From NCBI GenBank assembly GCA_964016885.1, contig OZ024740.1, forward strand, positions 322,772,001-322,836,000: a stretch of 64,000 nucleotides of DNA, written 5' to 3'. The notes under the pieces are model-generated. The model ran no database searches and was not told the DNA's origin. It saw only the letters and a list, made by a program, of their open reading frames with translations. Of the stretch, positions 51,796 to 64,000 are shown one piece after another. Position numbers and translations under genes: made by a program. The stretch is from Eledone cirrhosa (Eukaryota). Every line of letters begins with the position of its first letter. Position 1 is the first letter of the stretch.

Positions 51796-52094
51796 ATAAT
51801 ATCCTACAATCTTTCAGAAGTTCATATTGGATGACAGATCCTCCGTCAGTTTCCGTGATAGCATTCGGTTGTTCGTTATACTAAATGATTTACTAGTTTA
51901 ATTAATGAGTAAGTGGTTGAGTATTCCACAGATGCGTATAACCTCAACGTAATTTGCAAGTGGAATCAGTGTAATACAATATGTGGCAAGTTTGGACGAT
52001 TGTATAACATGTACAGTACATCTGCTATCATTGTGTAAATCTTCTTCTTGTAGCATTACATATACACAGTAGCTAGAGAGGCAGGTTAAGACCG

Positions 52095-52430
52095 ACGAGC
52101 CAGACCATGGCATCATTTAAAGCATTATGGATTATCTCCAGGCTGCTAGGAAAACATCTGAGGGAGCAATCCTGAACAACAATACAGTACTGTCTAGTCA
52201 AGGTCTCCACAGTCACATGTTAGGCTGTCTTTCATTTTCCATCGATGGAGAAGATGGGCTGTCCTGGCGTATGTTGTGTGACTCCGATTAAGGGACACCC
52301 ATTGCTTTCTGGTAAGGTCAAAATCGGCTGGTTTAGATGTGGGGCTCTGGACGAGGTCTTGGTTGGCAACTTTCACTTGGTTCACCCTGTACGGAATTCA
52401 TTCCAACTAATGCTATTGCTCGATATATGT
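52095..52430 (-). mobile_element. 3' fragment of an I-group (Ingi/Vingi-like) LINE
   Basis: FDL.RKQWVSLNR..T...RT..LLHRW.M..S..CDCG. Confidence 0.6.
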
Positions 52431-53044
52431 TCAATATTTAGTGTAAATGGCTGAATATTCCACTGACACATAAATACTTAATGTAATTATTTGGGAGACA
52501 CACTGTGACACAGTGTTTGACAAAGTCGGAACTTTCACTTCCAGGTACAATCCATTTTGTATTTTAGTGTATTCCCTAGAAACTTATACCCATAACATAG
52601 TTTCCAAACAGAATTAGTGTGACACAATATGTGACATTACTGAACCTTTGAATTCAGTTTTATATTATAGTACAAATACTGAGTGGTCCACAGACACGTG
52701 CACTTTTAACATAATTCTCAGGCATAATGAGTGTAACAATGTGTGACAAATCAAGACCACTTAATTATAGTTACAATCAATTAAACATACTTTAACATAG
52801 TTTCCGACGACTGAATTTCCCTCACAAGTCTAAATGGTACCATGGTGAACAGTAAAGTAGAACCAGGAACCTGATGATTACGAAGGAAAGTTGTTAACCA
52901 TCAGCCGTAAATGCATCAATTCATATTGGATAATATATTTAGTGTTACACTACGTCAGAAAATAGATGGGGAAGTCATGGCAGGAATGATTTTGTACATA
53001 AGTAGCTCAGTTCTATGAGCAACGACTTGTGACGTAACAACAAT

Positions 53045-53595
53045 ATCAACGACAACGACAATAGTTGTTGCAGCAATAACGCACAGGCAACAGCATCGCC
53101 ACCACTAACACCACCACCTCTATTACCATCACTATCACCACCACCACTACCACCACCACTATCATCACCACCACCACTACCATCACCATCACCACCACCA
53201 CCAGTACAATTACCACCATCACCACCACCACCATTACCATCACCACCACCACCACAACCACCACCACCACCACCACCACCACCACCATCATTACCACCAC
53301 TACCGCCGCCACACCACTGCCGCCACCAACACCACCACCACCACCATCACCATCACTACCACCACCACCACCACCACCACCACCACCACCACAACAACAA
53401 CATAACAACGATAACAACAACATCGACACCATTAAAACCAACACCATCACCATCACAACTTCCACCACCACCACCACCACCACCACCAACAACAACAACA
53501 ACTACAACAACAACAGCAACAGCAACAACAACAACAACAGCAACAACAATAACAACAACAACTACACCAACAACATCTACAACAGCAGCAACAGC

Positions 53596-53627
<32 letters not shown>

Positions 53628-53682
53628 AAAGGACAACGACACAAACGACGACGACGACGGCAACAACAACTACAGCAACAAT
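53045..53682. repeat. (CAC)n/(CAA)n trinucleotide tract
   Basis: Read directly from the sequence. Confidence 0.9.
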
Positions 53683-53899
53683 TTCTCAGAAGTACTTCAT
53701 ATGTTGGCTATGTTCTCTAATTAAACATTCTGTAATTAGCTAATTAATTATATAATTAAGGTTCATTTGTGGAGCCATTAAAGGTTTCCTTTACACATTT
53801 ATCAACGAGAAATTCCATCATTTTATGTTATGTTATGTAATTTCCCACTCATATAACAAACACACATACCACACAACTCGGATGTCTTTGTGTTAGTTT

Positions 53900-55914
53900 A
53901 CACTCTCTCACACACTCTCTATCTCTCGCTCTCCACACATACACTCTCCCATTCATTCACTCTCTCTTCTATCACCCTCTCTCTCTTACACTCTCTCACA
54001 CACTCTCTATCTCTCGCTCTCCACACATACACTCTCCCATTCATTCACTCTCTCTTCTATCACCCTCTCTCTCTTACACTCTCTCACACACTCTCTATCT
54101 CTCGCTCTCCACACATACACTCTCCCATTCATTCACTCTCTCTTCTATCACCCTCTCTCTCTTACACTCTCTCACACACTCTCTATCTCTCTCTAGCTCT
54201 CGCTCTCCACACATACACTCTCCCATTCATTCACTCTCTCTTCTATCACCTGCTCTCTTACACTCTCTCACACACTCTCTATCTCTCTCTAGCTCTCACT
54301 CTACACACATACACTCTCCCATTCATTCACTCTCTCTATCACCTTATCTCTCTTACACTCTCACACACACTCTCTATCTCTCTCTAGCTCTTGCTCTACA
54401 CACACACACTCTCCCATTCATTCACTCTCTCTTATATGACCCTCTCTCCCTTACACTCTCACACACACTCTCTATCTCTCTCTATCTCTCGCTCTCCACA
54501 CATACACTCTCCCATTCATTCACTCTCTCTTCTATCACCTTCTCTCTTACACTCTCTCACACACTCTCTATCTCTCTCTAGCTCTCGCTCTCCACACATA
54601 CACTCTCCCATTCATTCACTCTCTCTTCTATCACCTTCTCTCTTACACTCTCTCACACACTCTCTACCTCTCTCTAGCTCTCGCTCTCCACACATACACT
54701 CTCCCATTCATTCACTCTCTCTTATATCACCCTCTCTCCCTTACACTCTCACACACACTCTCTATCTCTCTCTAGCTCTCACTCTACACACATACACTCT
54801 CCCATTCATTCACTCTCTCTTATATCACCCTCTCTCCCTTACACTCTCACACACACTCTCTCTCTCTAGCTCTCACTCTACACACATACACTCTCCCATT
54901 CATTCACTCTCTCTTCTATCACCCTCTCTCTTTTACACTCTCTCACACACTCTCTATCTCTCTCTAGCTCTCGCTCTCCACACATACACTCTCCCATTCA
55001 TTCACTCTCTCTTATATCACCCTCTCTCTCTTACACTCTCTCACACACTCTCTATCTCTTACACTCTCACACACACTCTCTATCTCTCTCTAGCTCTTGC
55101 TCTACACACACACACTCTCCCATTCATTCACTCTCTCTTCTATCACCCTCTCTCTCTTACACTCTCACACACACTCTCTATCTCTCTCTAGCTCTTGCTC
55201 TACACACACACACACTCTCCCATTGATTCCCTCTCTCTATCACCTTCTCTCTCTCTCTTTCAGCATACACTCTCTCTCTTTCAGCATACACCCTCTCTCA
55301 CGTTTACTCTCCCCTCTCTCTCCACACGCACTCTCACACACTCTCTCTCGCGTTCTCTCTCTCACGCACACTCTCTCTCTCACCCTCTCTCTCACAGTTA
55401 CTTTCTCTAGCTCTCGCTCTCCCCACATACACTCTCTTCCACTCACTCTCTCTCATGTTCTCTCTCTCAACAAACACTCTCTCTCACGGTTACTCTCTCT
55501 CTCTCACGTTCTCTCTCTCACGGTTACTCTCTCTCTCTCTCCACACATACACTCTCTCTCTAACTTTCTGTCTCAACACCCACTCTCACAATAAACACAC
55601 ACATACCACACAACTCGTCTTTCTTTGTATTAGTTTAAATTTCAGTTCTCTCTCTTACACACTCTCACACACTCTCTCTATCTCTCTCTAGCTCTCAATC
55701 TATCACTTTCTCTCTCTCTACACACTCTCTCCCACTCACTCTCACTCGCTCCATGTTTCTCTCTCTCTCTCCCCTTTCTTTCCTCCCATTCTCCCTCTCT
55801 CACTTTTTCTCTCTCTGCACACACACTCTCTCTCACTACCACCCTCTCTATCTTTCCACACTCACTTTCTCCATCTCTTTCTCCCTTTCTCTCTTTCAAC
55901 ACCCACTCTTTCCA

Positions 55915-55965
<51 letters not shown>

Positions 55966-58055
55966 TTCTTTCTCTCCACGCACTCTCTCTCACTCACTCT
56001 TCCTCTATCTACCTCTATCTCTCACTTTATCTCTCTCCACACACTCTCTCCCACTCACCCTCTCTCTCTCACTGTATCTCTCTGCATACACTCTCTCCCA
56101 CTCACCCTCTCTCTCTCACTGTATCTCTCTCCACACACTCTCTCCCACTCACCCTCTCTCTCTCACCTTATCTCTCTCCACACACTCTCTCCCACTCACC
56201 CTCTCTCTCTCTCACCTTATCTCTCTCCACACACTCTCTCCCACTCACCCTCTCTCTCTCACCTTATCTCTCTCCACACACTCTCTCCCACTCACCCTCT
56301 CTCTCTCTCTCACCTTATCTCTCTCCACACACTCTCTCTCCCACTCACCCTCTCTCTCTCACATTATCTCTCTCCACTCTCTCTCTCCCACTCACCCTCT
56401 ACCTCTCACTGTATCTCTCTCCACACTCTCTCTCTCCCACTCACCCCCTCTCTCTCACCTTATCTCTCTCCACTCTCTCTCTCTCTCCCACTCACCCTCT
56501 CTCTCTCACATTATCTCTCTCCACTCTCCCTCTCTCCACCTCACCCTATCTCTCTCCACACACTCTCTCTCCCACTCACCCTCTCTCTCTCACCTTATCT
56601 CTCTCCACTCTCTCCCACTCACCCTCTCTCTCTCACCTTATCTCTCTCCACACACTCTCTCCCACTCACCCTCTCTCTCTCTCTCACCTTATCTCTCCAC
56701 TCACTCTCTCCCACTATGGCTCTCTCTCTCACCTTATCTCTCTCCACACACTCTCTCCCACTCACCCTCTCTCTCTCTCACCTTATCTCTCTCCACTCTC
56801 TCCCACTCACCCTCTCTCTCTCACCTTATCTCTCTCCACTCTCTCCCACTCACCCTCTCTCTCTCACCTTATCTCTCTCAACACTCTCTCTCTCCCACTC
56901 ACCCTCTCTCTCTCACCTTATCTCTCTCCACTCTCTCCCACTCACCCTCTCTATCTCACCTTATCTCTCTCCACACACTCTCTCCCACTCAACCTCTCTC
57001 TCTCACCTTATCTCTCTCCACATTCTCTCTCTCCCACTCACCCTCTCTCTCTCACCTTATCTCTCTCCACTCTCTCCCACTCACCCTCTCTCTCTCACCT
57101 TATCTCTCTCCACTCTCTCCCACTCATCCTCTCTCTCTCACCTTATCTCTCTCCACACACTCTCTCCCACTCACCCTCTCTCTCTCACCTTATCTCTCCA
57201 CTCACTCTCTCCCACTCACTCTCTCTCTCTCACTTTATCTCTCTCCACTCACTCTCTCCCACTCACCCTCTCTCTCCACTCTCTCCCACTCACCCTCTCT
57301 CTCTCACCTTATCTCTCTCCACTCTCTCCCACTCACCCTCTCTCTCTCACCTTATCTCTCTCCACACACTCTCTCCCACTCACCCTCTCTCTCTCACCTT
57401 ATCTCTCTCCACTCTCTCTCTCCCACTCACCCTCTCTCTCTCACCTTATCTCTCTCCACTCTCTCTCCCACTCACCCTCTCTCTCTCACCTTATCTCTCT
57501 CCACTCTCTCTCTCCCACTCACCCTCTCTCTCTCACCTTATCTCTCTCCACTCTCTCTCTCCCACTCACCCTCTCTCTCTCACTTTATCTCTCTCCACTC
57601 TCTCCCACTCACCCTCTCTCTCTCACCTTATCTCTCTCCACTCTCTCCCACTCACCCTCTCTCTCTCACCTTATCTCTCTCCACTCTCTCCCACTCACCC
57701 TCTCTCTCTCACCTTATCTCTCTCCACTCTCTCCCACTCACCCTCTCTCTCTCACCTTATCTCTCTCCACTCTCTCCTACTCACCCTCTCTCTCTCACCT
57801 TATCTCTCTCAACACTCTCTCTCTCCCACTCACCCTCTCTCTCTCACCTTATCTCTCTCTCCACTCTCTCTCTCCCATTCACCCTCTCTCTCTCACCTTA
57901 TCTCTCTCCATTCTCTCTCTCCCACTCACCCTCTCTCTCTCACCTTATCTCTCTCCACTCTCTCTCTCCCACTCACCCTCTCTCTCTCACCTTATCTCTC
58001 TCCACTCTCTCCCACTCACCCTCTCTCTCTCACCTTATCTCTCTCCACACACTCT
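53900..58055. repeat. Two CT-rich minisatellite arrays (~75-90-bp unit at 53900-55250; ~40-bp unit at 56000-58055)
   Basis: Recurrent ccacacatacactctcccattcattcactc in the first array and ctctcccactcaccctctctctctcaccttat in the second. Confidence 0.9.
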
Positions 58056-58158
58056 TTCGTTCCCTTTCTCTCTTTCTCTCTAGCGTTCTGTTTCATTGAT
58101 TTTTTAAAAATTCTTTCATTGCATTCGCCTCCTTTAATCATTTTGGTAAAGTCCCTTC

Positions 58159-58222
<64 letters not shown>

Positions 58223-58530
58223 AGAAAGAGAGACATACATATATACGAGAGAGAAAAAGACACACACACACACCGACACACACACACACGCCCATTCTCT
58301 CATTCTCTCTCTGAAAGACGTTTTAGATAACAAAATCAATCCTCCTCCTCCTCCTCCTCCTCCTCCGCCTCCCCCTCCTCTACTCCCCTCATCTCCTCCT
58401 CCTCCTCCTCCTCCCTCTCTCCCTCTCTCCCTCTCTCCAGCTCCCCCTCTCTATATGTATGCATGTACATACGTATGTATGTATGTATGTATGTATGTAT
58501 GTATGTATGTATGTATGTATGTATGTATGT

Positions 58531-61500
58531 TATCTCTTTCTCTTAATTTCGAGTATATTTTTTTGACCGGCCACCTTCCTGGTGGCAAGGTTGTAAAAGA
58601 AAAGAAATTGTCATACCTTGAATCGCAAGAATCTTTTGCAAATTTTGAAGGTGCCAGCTATCGTAGCCATTTGTAGACTATGAATTAGGGAGCTGCGCTC
58701 TTTGTTCACAAATCCAAGTTCAGTCATACTTTGGTCCAAGCGGGTTGGTATATAACCCGTAGCTCCAATAATAATGGGTATGAAGCTAAAGGTGTATCTT
58801 GGATACTGGATTTGTAAACTCCTCATCAATGGTCCGTAGATGTCCTCCTTCTCCTGTATTTTTCTGACAACGTTTACATCAAGTGGGCAGCTGATCTCCA
58901 CAACAGAACACGTTTTCAATGTGTGGTCCCAAACAACAATATCAGGCCGGTTGTTCTTTAATTTGGTGGCAGTTTTTATTTTCAGGTTCCACCAGTATTC
59001 TTTAGTGCCATCTGTCTCAATATATTCTTCCTCGTTTGTTAATTTTGTTTTTCGAAGTGCGTTCCAGATGGTTCTAGCTATCCCATCGTGTCTCATGGGA
59101 GGTAATAGCGAGATGACATTCTTTCGCAGCTGGCAACAATGTGGCTTACATGCTTGATCTTTGTTTTACATAGCCTACATTTATTGTCAGCTGATGGCCC
59201 TCCCCTTTTGTACAGCAGATATTTGGTAGGGAGTTCTTGTTCCTGTATTGCATAGAGATATCCCTCAAGGTGTGATGTCATAAACTTGTCGGAACTCCAT
59301 GCCAGGCTTTTTGAGTGATTTATCCCCTCTATGGTCTGTGTTTTACGTCTCAAGTATCCATGCACAACTTTTTCTGTAAATTGGTCAATTTTTTCATCTT
59401 GTTTGAACATTGAATAGGATCTCCGATTTCTCTGGGTGAGAGATTTATATCAGGCTTTATTCCATATCTCTCCTCCAGACCAGTCGCTATTCTAATGATA
59501 TTTTTTTTCATGCTCATAAACCTGGGCAAGATGGTTGCCAACCTTTTTCCTCTGTTGAAGGTGTTACTATCCGGGTCTCATATGTTGTTAATATGGATTT
59601 TAGACCCCGGCCACCTTCCTTGCGTAAGAAGTATAGCCTATCCACATCACCATTGATGTTAAAGTTCCCAGTAACACTAAGAAGTTTGCAAGTTCTAACA
59701 TCTATCTCACTTAGTTCTTGCAGGCCAAATGTTGGCGTTAGAATTGGCACAGCATAAGTATTGTGGGCAATGTATTTGTTGTACGCTGACAGTTCTGATG
59801 ACCATATTTTCTTTACTCTTCTGAGGTATTCAGTTCTAGTTCTCTCCTTATTTATGGGTCCATCATATCTGACATTCTCATCCTGTCCAAGATATCTGTA
59901 GTTGTCACCTGACTGTAGAGGTTGTATTATCAGGCCGTTCATCTCTAGATTTCTAGAGGAGGGCACAGCTCTTCCACGTTTTACTGCCAAATATGCACAT
60001 TTGGACTCACCAAATTTCATTTTGATGTCTGTTGAAAATTGTGTAATGAGGTCCAATTGTTTCTTGATGTCATTGATATTTGGCCCATACAACTTCAGGT
60101 CATCAACAAAGAAAAGATTGGAGATACTTCTGGACCCACTTTGAGCACCTTGTTTCCTGACTAGGTAAGATAGTGGATTTAGTGAGAGAACGAAGAGTAG
60201 CACTGCCAAGCTATCACTCTGAAAGATGCCCTTCTGGTAATGTATCTTATCAGTCTTAATTTGCTCCTTCTCACCTCTAAGGATCAAATTGGTGTACCAG
60301 TTCTTGGTCAGACGTTCAACAGCAGCTACCAGTGGTTGTAGGACTTTGGCTAACTGTAAAGCTTTAACAATCCACCCGTGAGGTACACTATCAAATGATT
60401 TTTGATAGTTCAGCCACAACACAGTCATGTTTCTGCGATTCTTTGTTGTTTTTTCTTGAATCATTTCATTAGTTAGTATGTGATATATGCAACCCCACAC
60501 CTCCCTCTTTCCAGCAGCTTGCTCAGGTGTTATGATGTTGGTAGCACAGTGATCCTGTAAGAACAGGTTAAGACACCCAGTATATAATTTATACATGATG
60601 TTTTGGCAGGCTATTGGGCGGTAATTTTTAGCAAGGGTGGTTTGGCTATTTTTGGGAATGAGGAGAGTAGTGGTAGTTGATAACCATCTGGGCAGTTCTT
60701 GTGTGCCCTTAATGGTTTCTGTAAACAGCCGTATGAGATCTTGCCAATAGAAAGTGAAATTCTTCAACCAGTATCCTGTAATGAGGTCTAGGCCTGGTGA
60801 TTTCCTATTCGACATTTTCTGTAGAGCTGTTTCCAGTATTGACCCATCTATGTCATATTGTTTTGTTTGGACATGTTGGCAGTAGTCCTGTTCCAGTTCT
60901 TTTAGCCAATTAGTTTGTCTGTTGAATCCGTCATCCGTTTCCTATACAGATCTCCAGTAGCTCTCAACCTGTTCTTTTGAAGGGTGTCATTTACAGAGCT
61001 TGAGCTTTTGCCACCGAAGCTGAGATAAACTGATTTAGGATCTCTGGCAAACAATCTATTTAGCACTTGTCGTTTATGTGCTGTTGACTTATATTTTAGT
61101 ATTTCTGTTGTAGCTGTGAGTTGTTGTTTCAACTGGTGTAATTTGGAGTTTAAAGTTTTAAATTTTGTATCTCCAAATCGTCCCTCTAACTTTTTTTAGG
61201 TCTTCCTGGTGCCGTGTGAAGTTGCTCTCTATGTTGCATTTCATAACGACTGCGATGTGTGAGATACTTCGTCTCAGGGACAACATTTTGCTTTCTAAAT
61301 TTCGCATCCACGCTGGTTCAGGCTTTTTGTTTGTATCTTGATTGCGTGGTTTTAGATGTTTGTTATATGATAGCAATGTGACAGCTGAAACATATAACAA
61401 AATGTTAAGTGTTTCAAATGTCGTTTCTACACCTTTAGATCGTATAGCCTTCAGATAATTGTCAGCTATTTCGTTCACCGCTTCCAATTCCAATTTAGTG

Positions 61501-62743
61501 GGTTCTTTACTGATTCTGGTGTAGTATGGTCTGTCACTCACATTAAGGCTGTGTATCTCTTGAAACATATCGTCTCATATCACTTGTAAGGTGTCCACAA
61601 GTTTTTGGTTTTCTGTTTGTACAGTAGAGTCTGAATTTCAGCCTCGTTATTGATGTGGTGACAATGACTACTAGAGTTAGCTGACCATTCTCGCTTTTCT
61701 TCAGTGGAAGTGGGATGGATTTCAGCAAAATTGTTGGTGAGCTGTTCACTGTTAGATTTAGCTGGCCATTCTCTTTGTCTGTCAGTGGAGGTGGGGTGGT
61801 TGTCTACAAGGGCTTTATTTGTAGTATCACTCAATTCCGTTAGATGTATCAATTTACATCTAATGATACGTTTTGCCTGTTCATTTAAATGCTTTGGAGA
61901 AAAGTCTAATTCTGGGTGTTTGGAGTTCCATAAAGTTTTTAGCCTTTGCATAAAACCGAACTTTTGGGGTTCAGATTGTTTGTATGCTTCATATAATTCT
62001 TTGTTAAGCTCGTAGCTCCACTGTATACAACGGTTGTAGTTGCGATTTGGTCGAAGGAGACCTGTTCGTTTTGCCATGATGAGTTCGTCTATTCACTAAT
62101 ATTTTGTATTTATTTTTCAAAATAGTCGATGATCTTCTTTAAAAGTTTCGACAAAGTTTTGTCAGAATCAAATTTAAAGTTATTCACAGTTTGGGTAATA
62201 TTTCTTTTCGGTTAGTTTTTAATTCTACAACTGTGTTTTAAACGTTGTTCTTGAATCGTTTGAATCGAGAACAAAAAACAAACAAACCGTTACTTAGTAT
62301 ATTTCTTTATGAATGTAATATAATATAACAACGCTGTATTTATATGTTAAAGTTTATGTATCATTCATATAAATAGGTGTTCTACAACTTATTCACAACA
62401 TATTCACAGTTCAAACACTTATGTTTTTGTTTCTGAATCGAAAACGTTACTTGCATATTTTTTTATAAATGTAATATAACAACGTTGCATTTATATGTTA
62501 AAGTGTATGTATCGTTCATATATCATAAGTGTATGTATCGTTCATATATCATAAGTGTATGTATCGTTCATATAAATAGGTGTTTTACAACACACTTACA
62601 GTTCAAACACTTATGTAGCATTATTGTATGTAATCTTACCGCGTAATGTAGCTCAACTTTTTCCAATATATGGTATGTTGCCTTCATGTAAGCCGTAATT
62701 ACACACGTACCGATTATCAGACACTGACCACAACGGTCGCCAT
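58531..62743 (-). mobile_element. Full-length, frameshifted R4/Dong-type element (family C) inserted in (ACAT)n
   Basis: N-terminal W..E.N..L...Y..S.P...G...RL..LW...HP domain (61580-62077), KSPGLD, YRPIAC, FVDD, GGRGL, CRLC...H...C, RHD and RPDIVVWD...VEISCP. 3' UTR hairpin gccacc/ggtggc. (TATG)n on both flanks. Confidence 0.92.
58611..62077 (-). pseudogene. Single ORF of R4/Dong-C broken into about 7 pieces
   Basis: ORF fragments 61580-62077, 61158-61568, 60902-61132, 59514-60815, 59093-59410 and 58611-59096 occur in the expected domain order. Confidence 0.85.
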
Positions 62744-62975
62744 TGTATGTATGTATGTATGCATGTATGTATGTATGCTTGTATGCATGTATGTATGCAT
62801 GTATGTATGTATGTATGTATGTATGTATGTATGTATGTATGTATGTATGCTTGTATGCATGTATGTATGTATGTATGTATGTATGTATGTATGTATGTAT
62901 GTATGTATGTATGTATGTATGTATGTATATTTTTAATTCTACAACTGTGTTTTAAACGTTGTTTTAAACGTATGT

Positions 62976-63579
62976 CAGGTCACCAGTTGGTGCTACTGGT
63001 AACATGTATTCCAGTACAACCTGTCCCATGGTCGGGTCGTTGGCGACTAAACTGGCAACCCCACCAAGGTTTCCTGGTGAGGAGGGTGACTTTGGACGTC
63101 CTGCAGGACTAAAAACAAAACTTGTCAAAGGGCAAAGGAGCTCTTAAGAGTCAATGGCCATCCAAAATCACCGGGAGAGATGACCCCTTAGCCTTTGTCA
63201 AGGCAGAATTCTATGAGAAGGAAAACTCTGATATAACACCTGCAACCCTGATGGTATCCAATGATGTTGACTTGTTCTTCTTTTTGGTAAATATCATCTT
63301 GGTTAAGAGAGTGGCACTGGCTTTGTGCAGTGCCTTTGCTCACTATAAAAGCTTCACGGCACAGGCATTGCTTTATATCTGGAGATCTCTGCACTTGTCG
63401 TCACATGGTACCAACGGCCCAGCATTATGTGTCAATAATTGTCACAAGTGTAGTGTTTGTACCAGAGTTTTCAAGTCGCTGGCTGGACTAAAAAGTCACA
63501 CTCGTTCAGCGCATCGGTAGGGGTTCTCCTACATGGATATAAAGTAGTGGCCGCACTCGAAAACGAGTTGGCAGCCACC
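62976..63579 (+). mobile_element. Non-autonomous bipartite RTE-derived retroposon in (ATGT)n, copy 2
   Basis: Highly similar to 17930-18535 with identical termini. Retains CSVCTRVFKSLAGLKSHTRSAH*. Confidence 0.78.
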
Positions 63580-64000
63580 ATGTATGTATGTATGTATGTA
63601 TGTATGTATGTATGTATGTATGTATGTATGTATGTATGTATGCTTGTATGCATGTATGTATATATGTATGCATGTAAGGAGTATATATGAAAATATAACC
63701 AAAGAAGCAATTGTTTCCCGAAGCCTTGAGCAAATGTCAATTTTGAAGTTATGTTATCTTATTATAAGCTGCTACAACGCTGGTTTAGTTATAAAAAATC
63801 GAACAATTTAAGCATATAAACCCGTGCAGACGCAAAACGTGGACAGGGCCACATGTGGGAATCGAACTCGCAACTGCTGTATGCATTACAATTCCACATA
63901 TACCCAACTTAAGTCCATAACTTACGAACGAGTTACGTTCCAAGTTGATTTGTTCGTAAGTTGATCGTCTAACACAGTACGTACCAGTAGGCCCCATATA

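Noticed and set aside
55753-58083. 776-aa Ser/Leu/His/Pro ORF
   Set aside because: A CT-rich satellite with few possible stop codons; indels between units ignore frame.

Overview
Eukaryotic, AT-rich, microsatellite-saturated DNA with no confidently identifiable host gene. The SINE families resemble octopod cephalopod SINEs, which is an inference. Nearly all real coding sequence belongs to non-LTR retrotransposons. These are two long Tx1-clade (L1 group) elements, one near-intact at 10305-16200, plus many short Tx1 3' stubs; four R4/Dong-type restriction-like-endonuclease elements, three in (TAA)n and one full-length in (ACAT)n; two copies of a ~605-bp RTE-derived non-autonomous element in (ATGT)n; and RTE, CR1, I-group and Penelope-like remnants. 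There are also about 17 tRNA-derived CORE-type SINE copies, several MITEs and foldbacks, a 68-bp minisatellite and CT-rich satellites. Four signals stand out. (1) A covarying 4-bp stem / 5-nt (CTTGT-like) loop + 6 nt + GAAA module ends most Tx1 copies, also ends the SINE, and recurs in the Tx1 5' UTR, suggesting a stringent Tx1-SINE recognition system. (2) Each retroelement family occupies its own microsatellite, and Tx1 appears to deposit new (TTC)n tails. (3) A perfect AG|GTAAGT donor overlaps the ORF1 stop in two divergent Tx1 families. (4) Two families of Penelope-type hammerhead ribozymes are present, one with a non-canonical stem II and inverted arrangements. All coordinates were read by eye and no searches were run.
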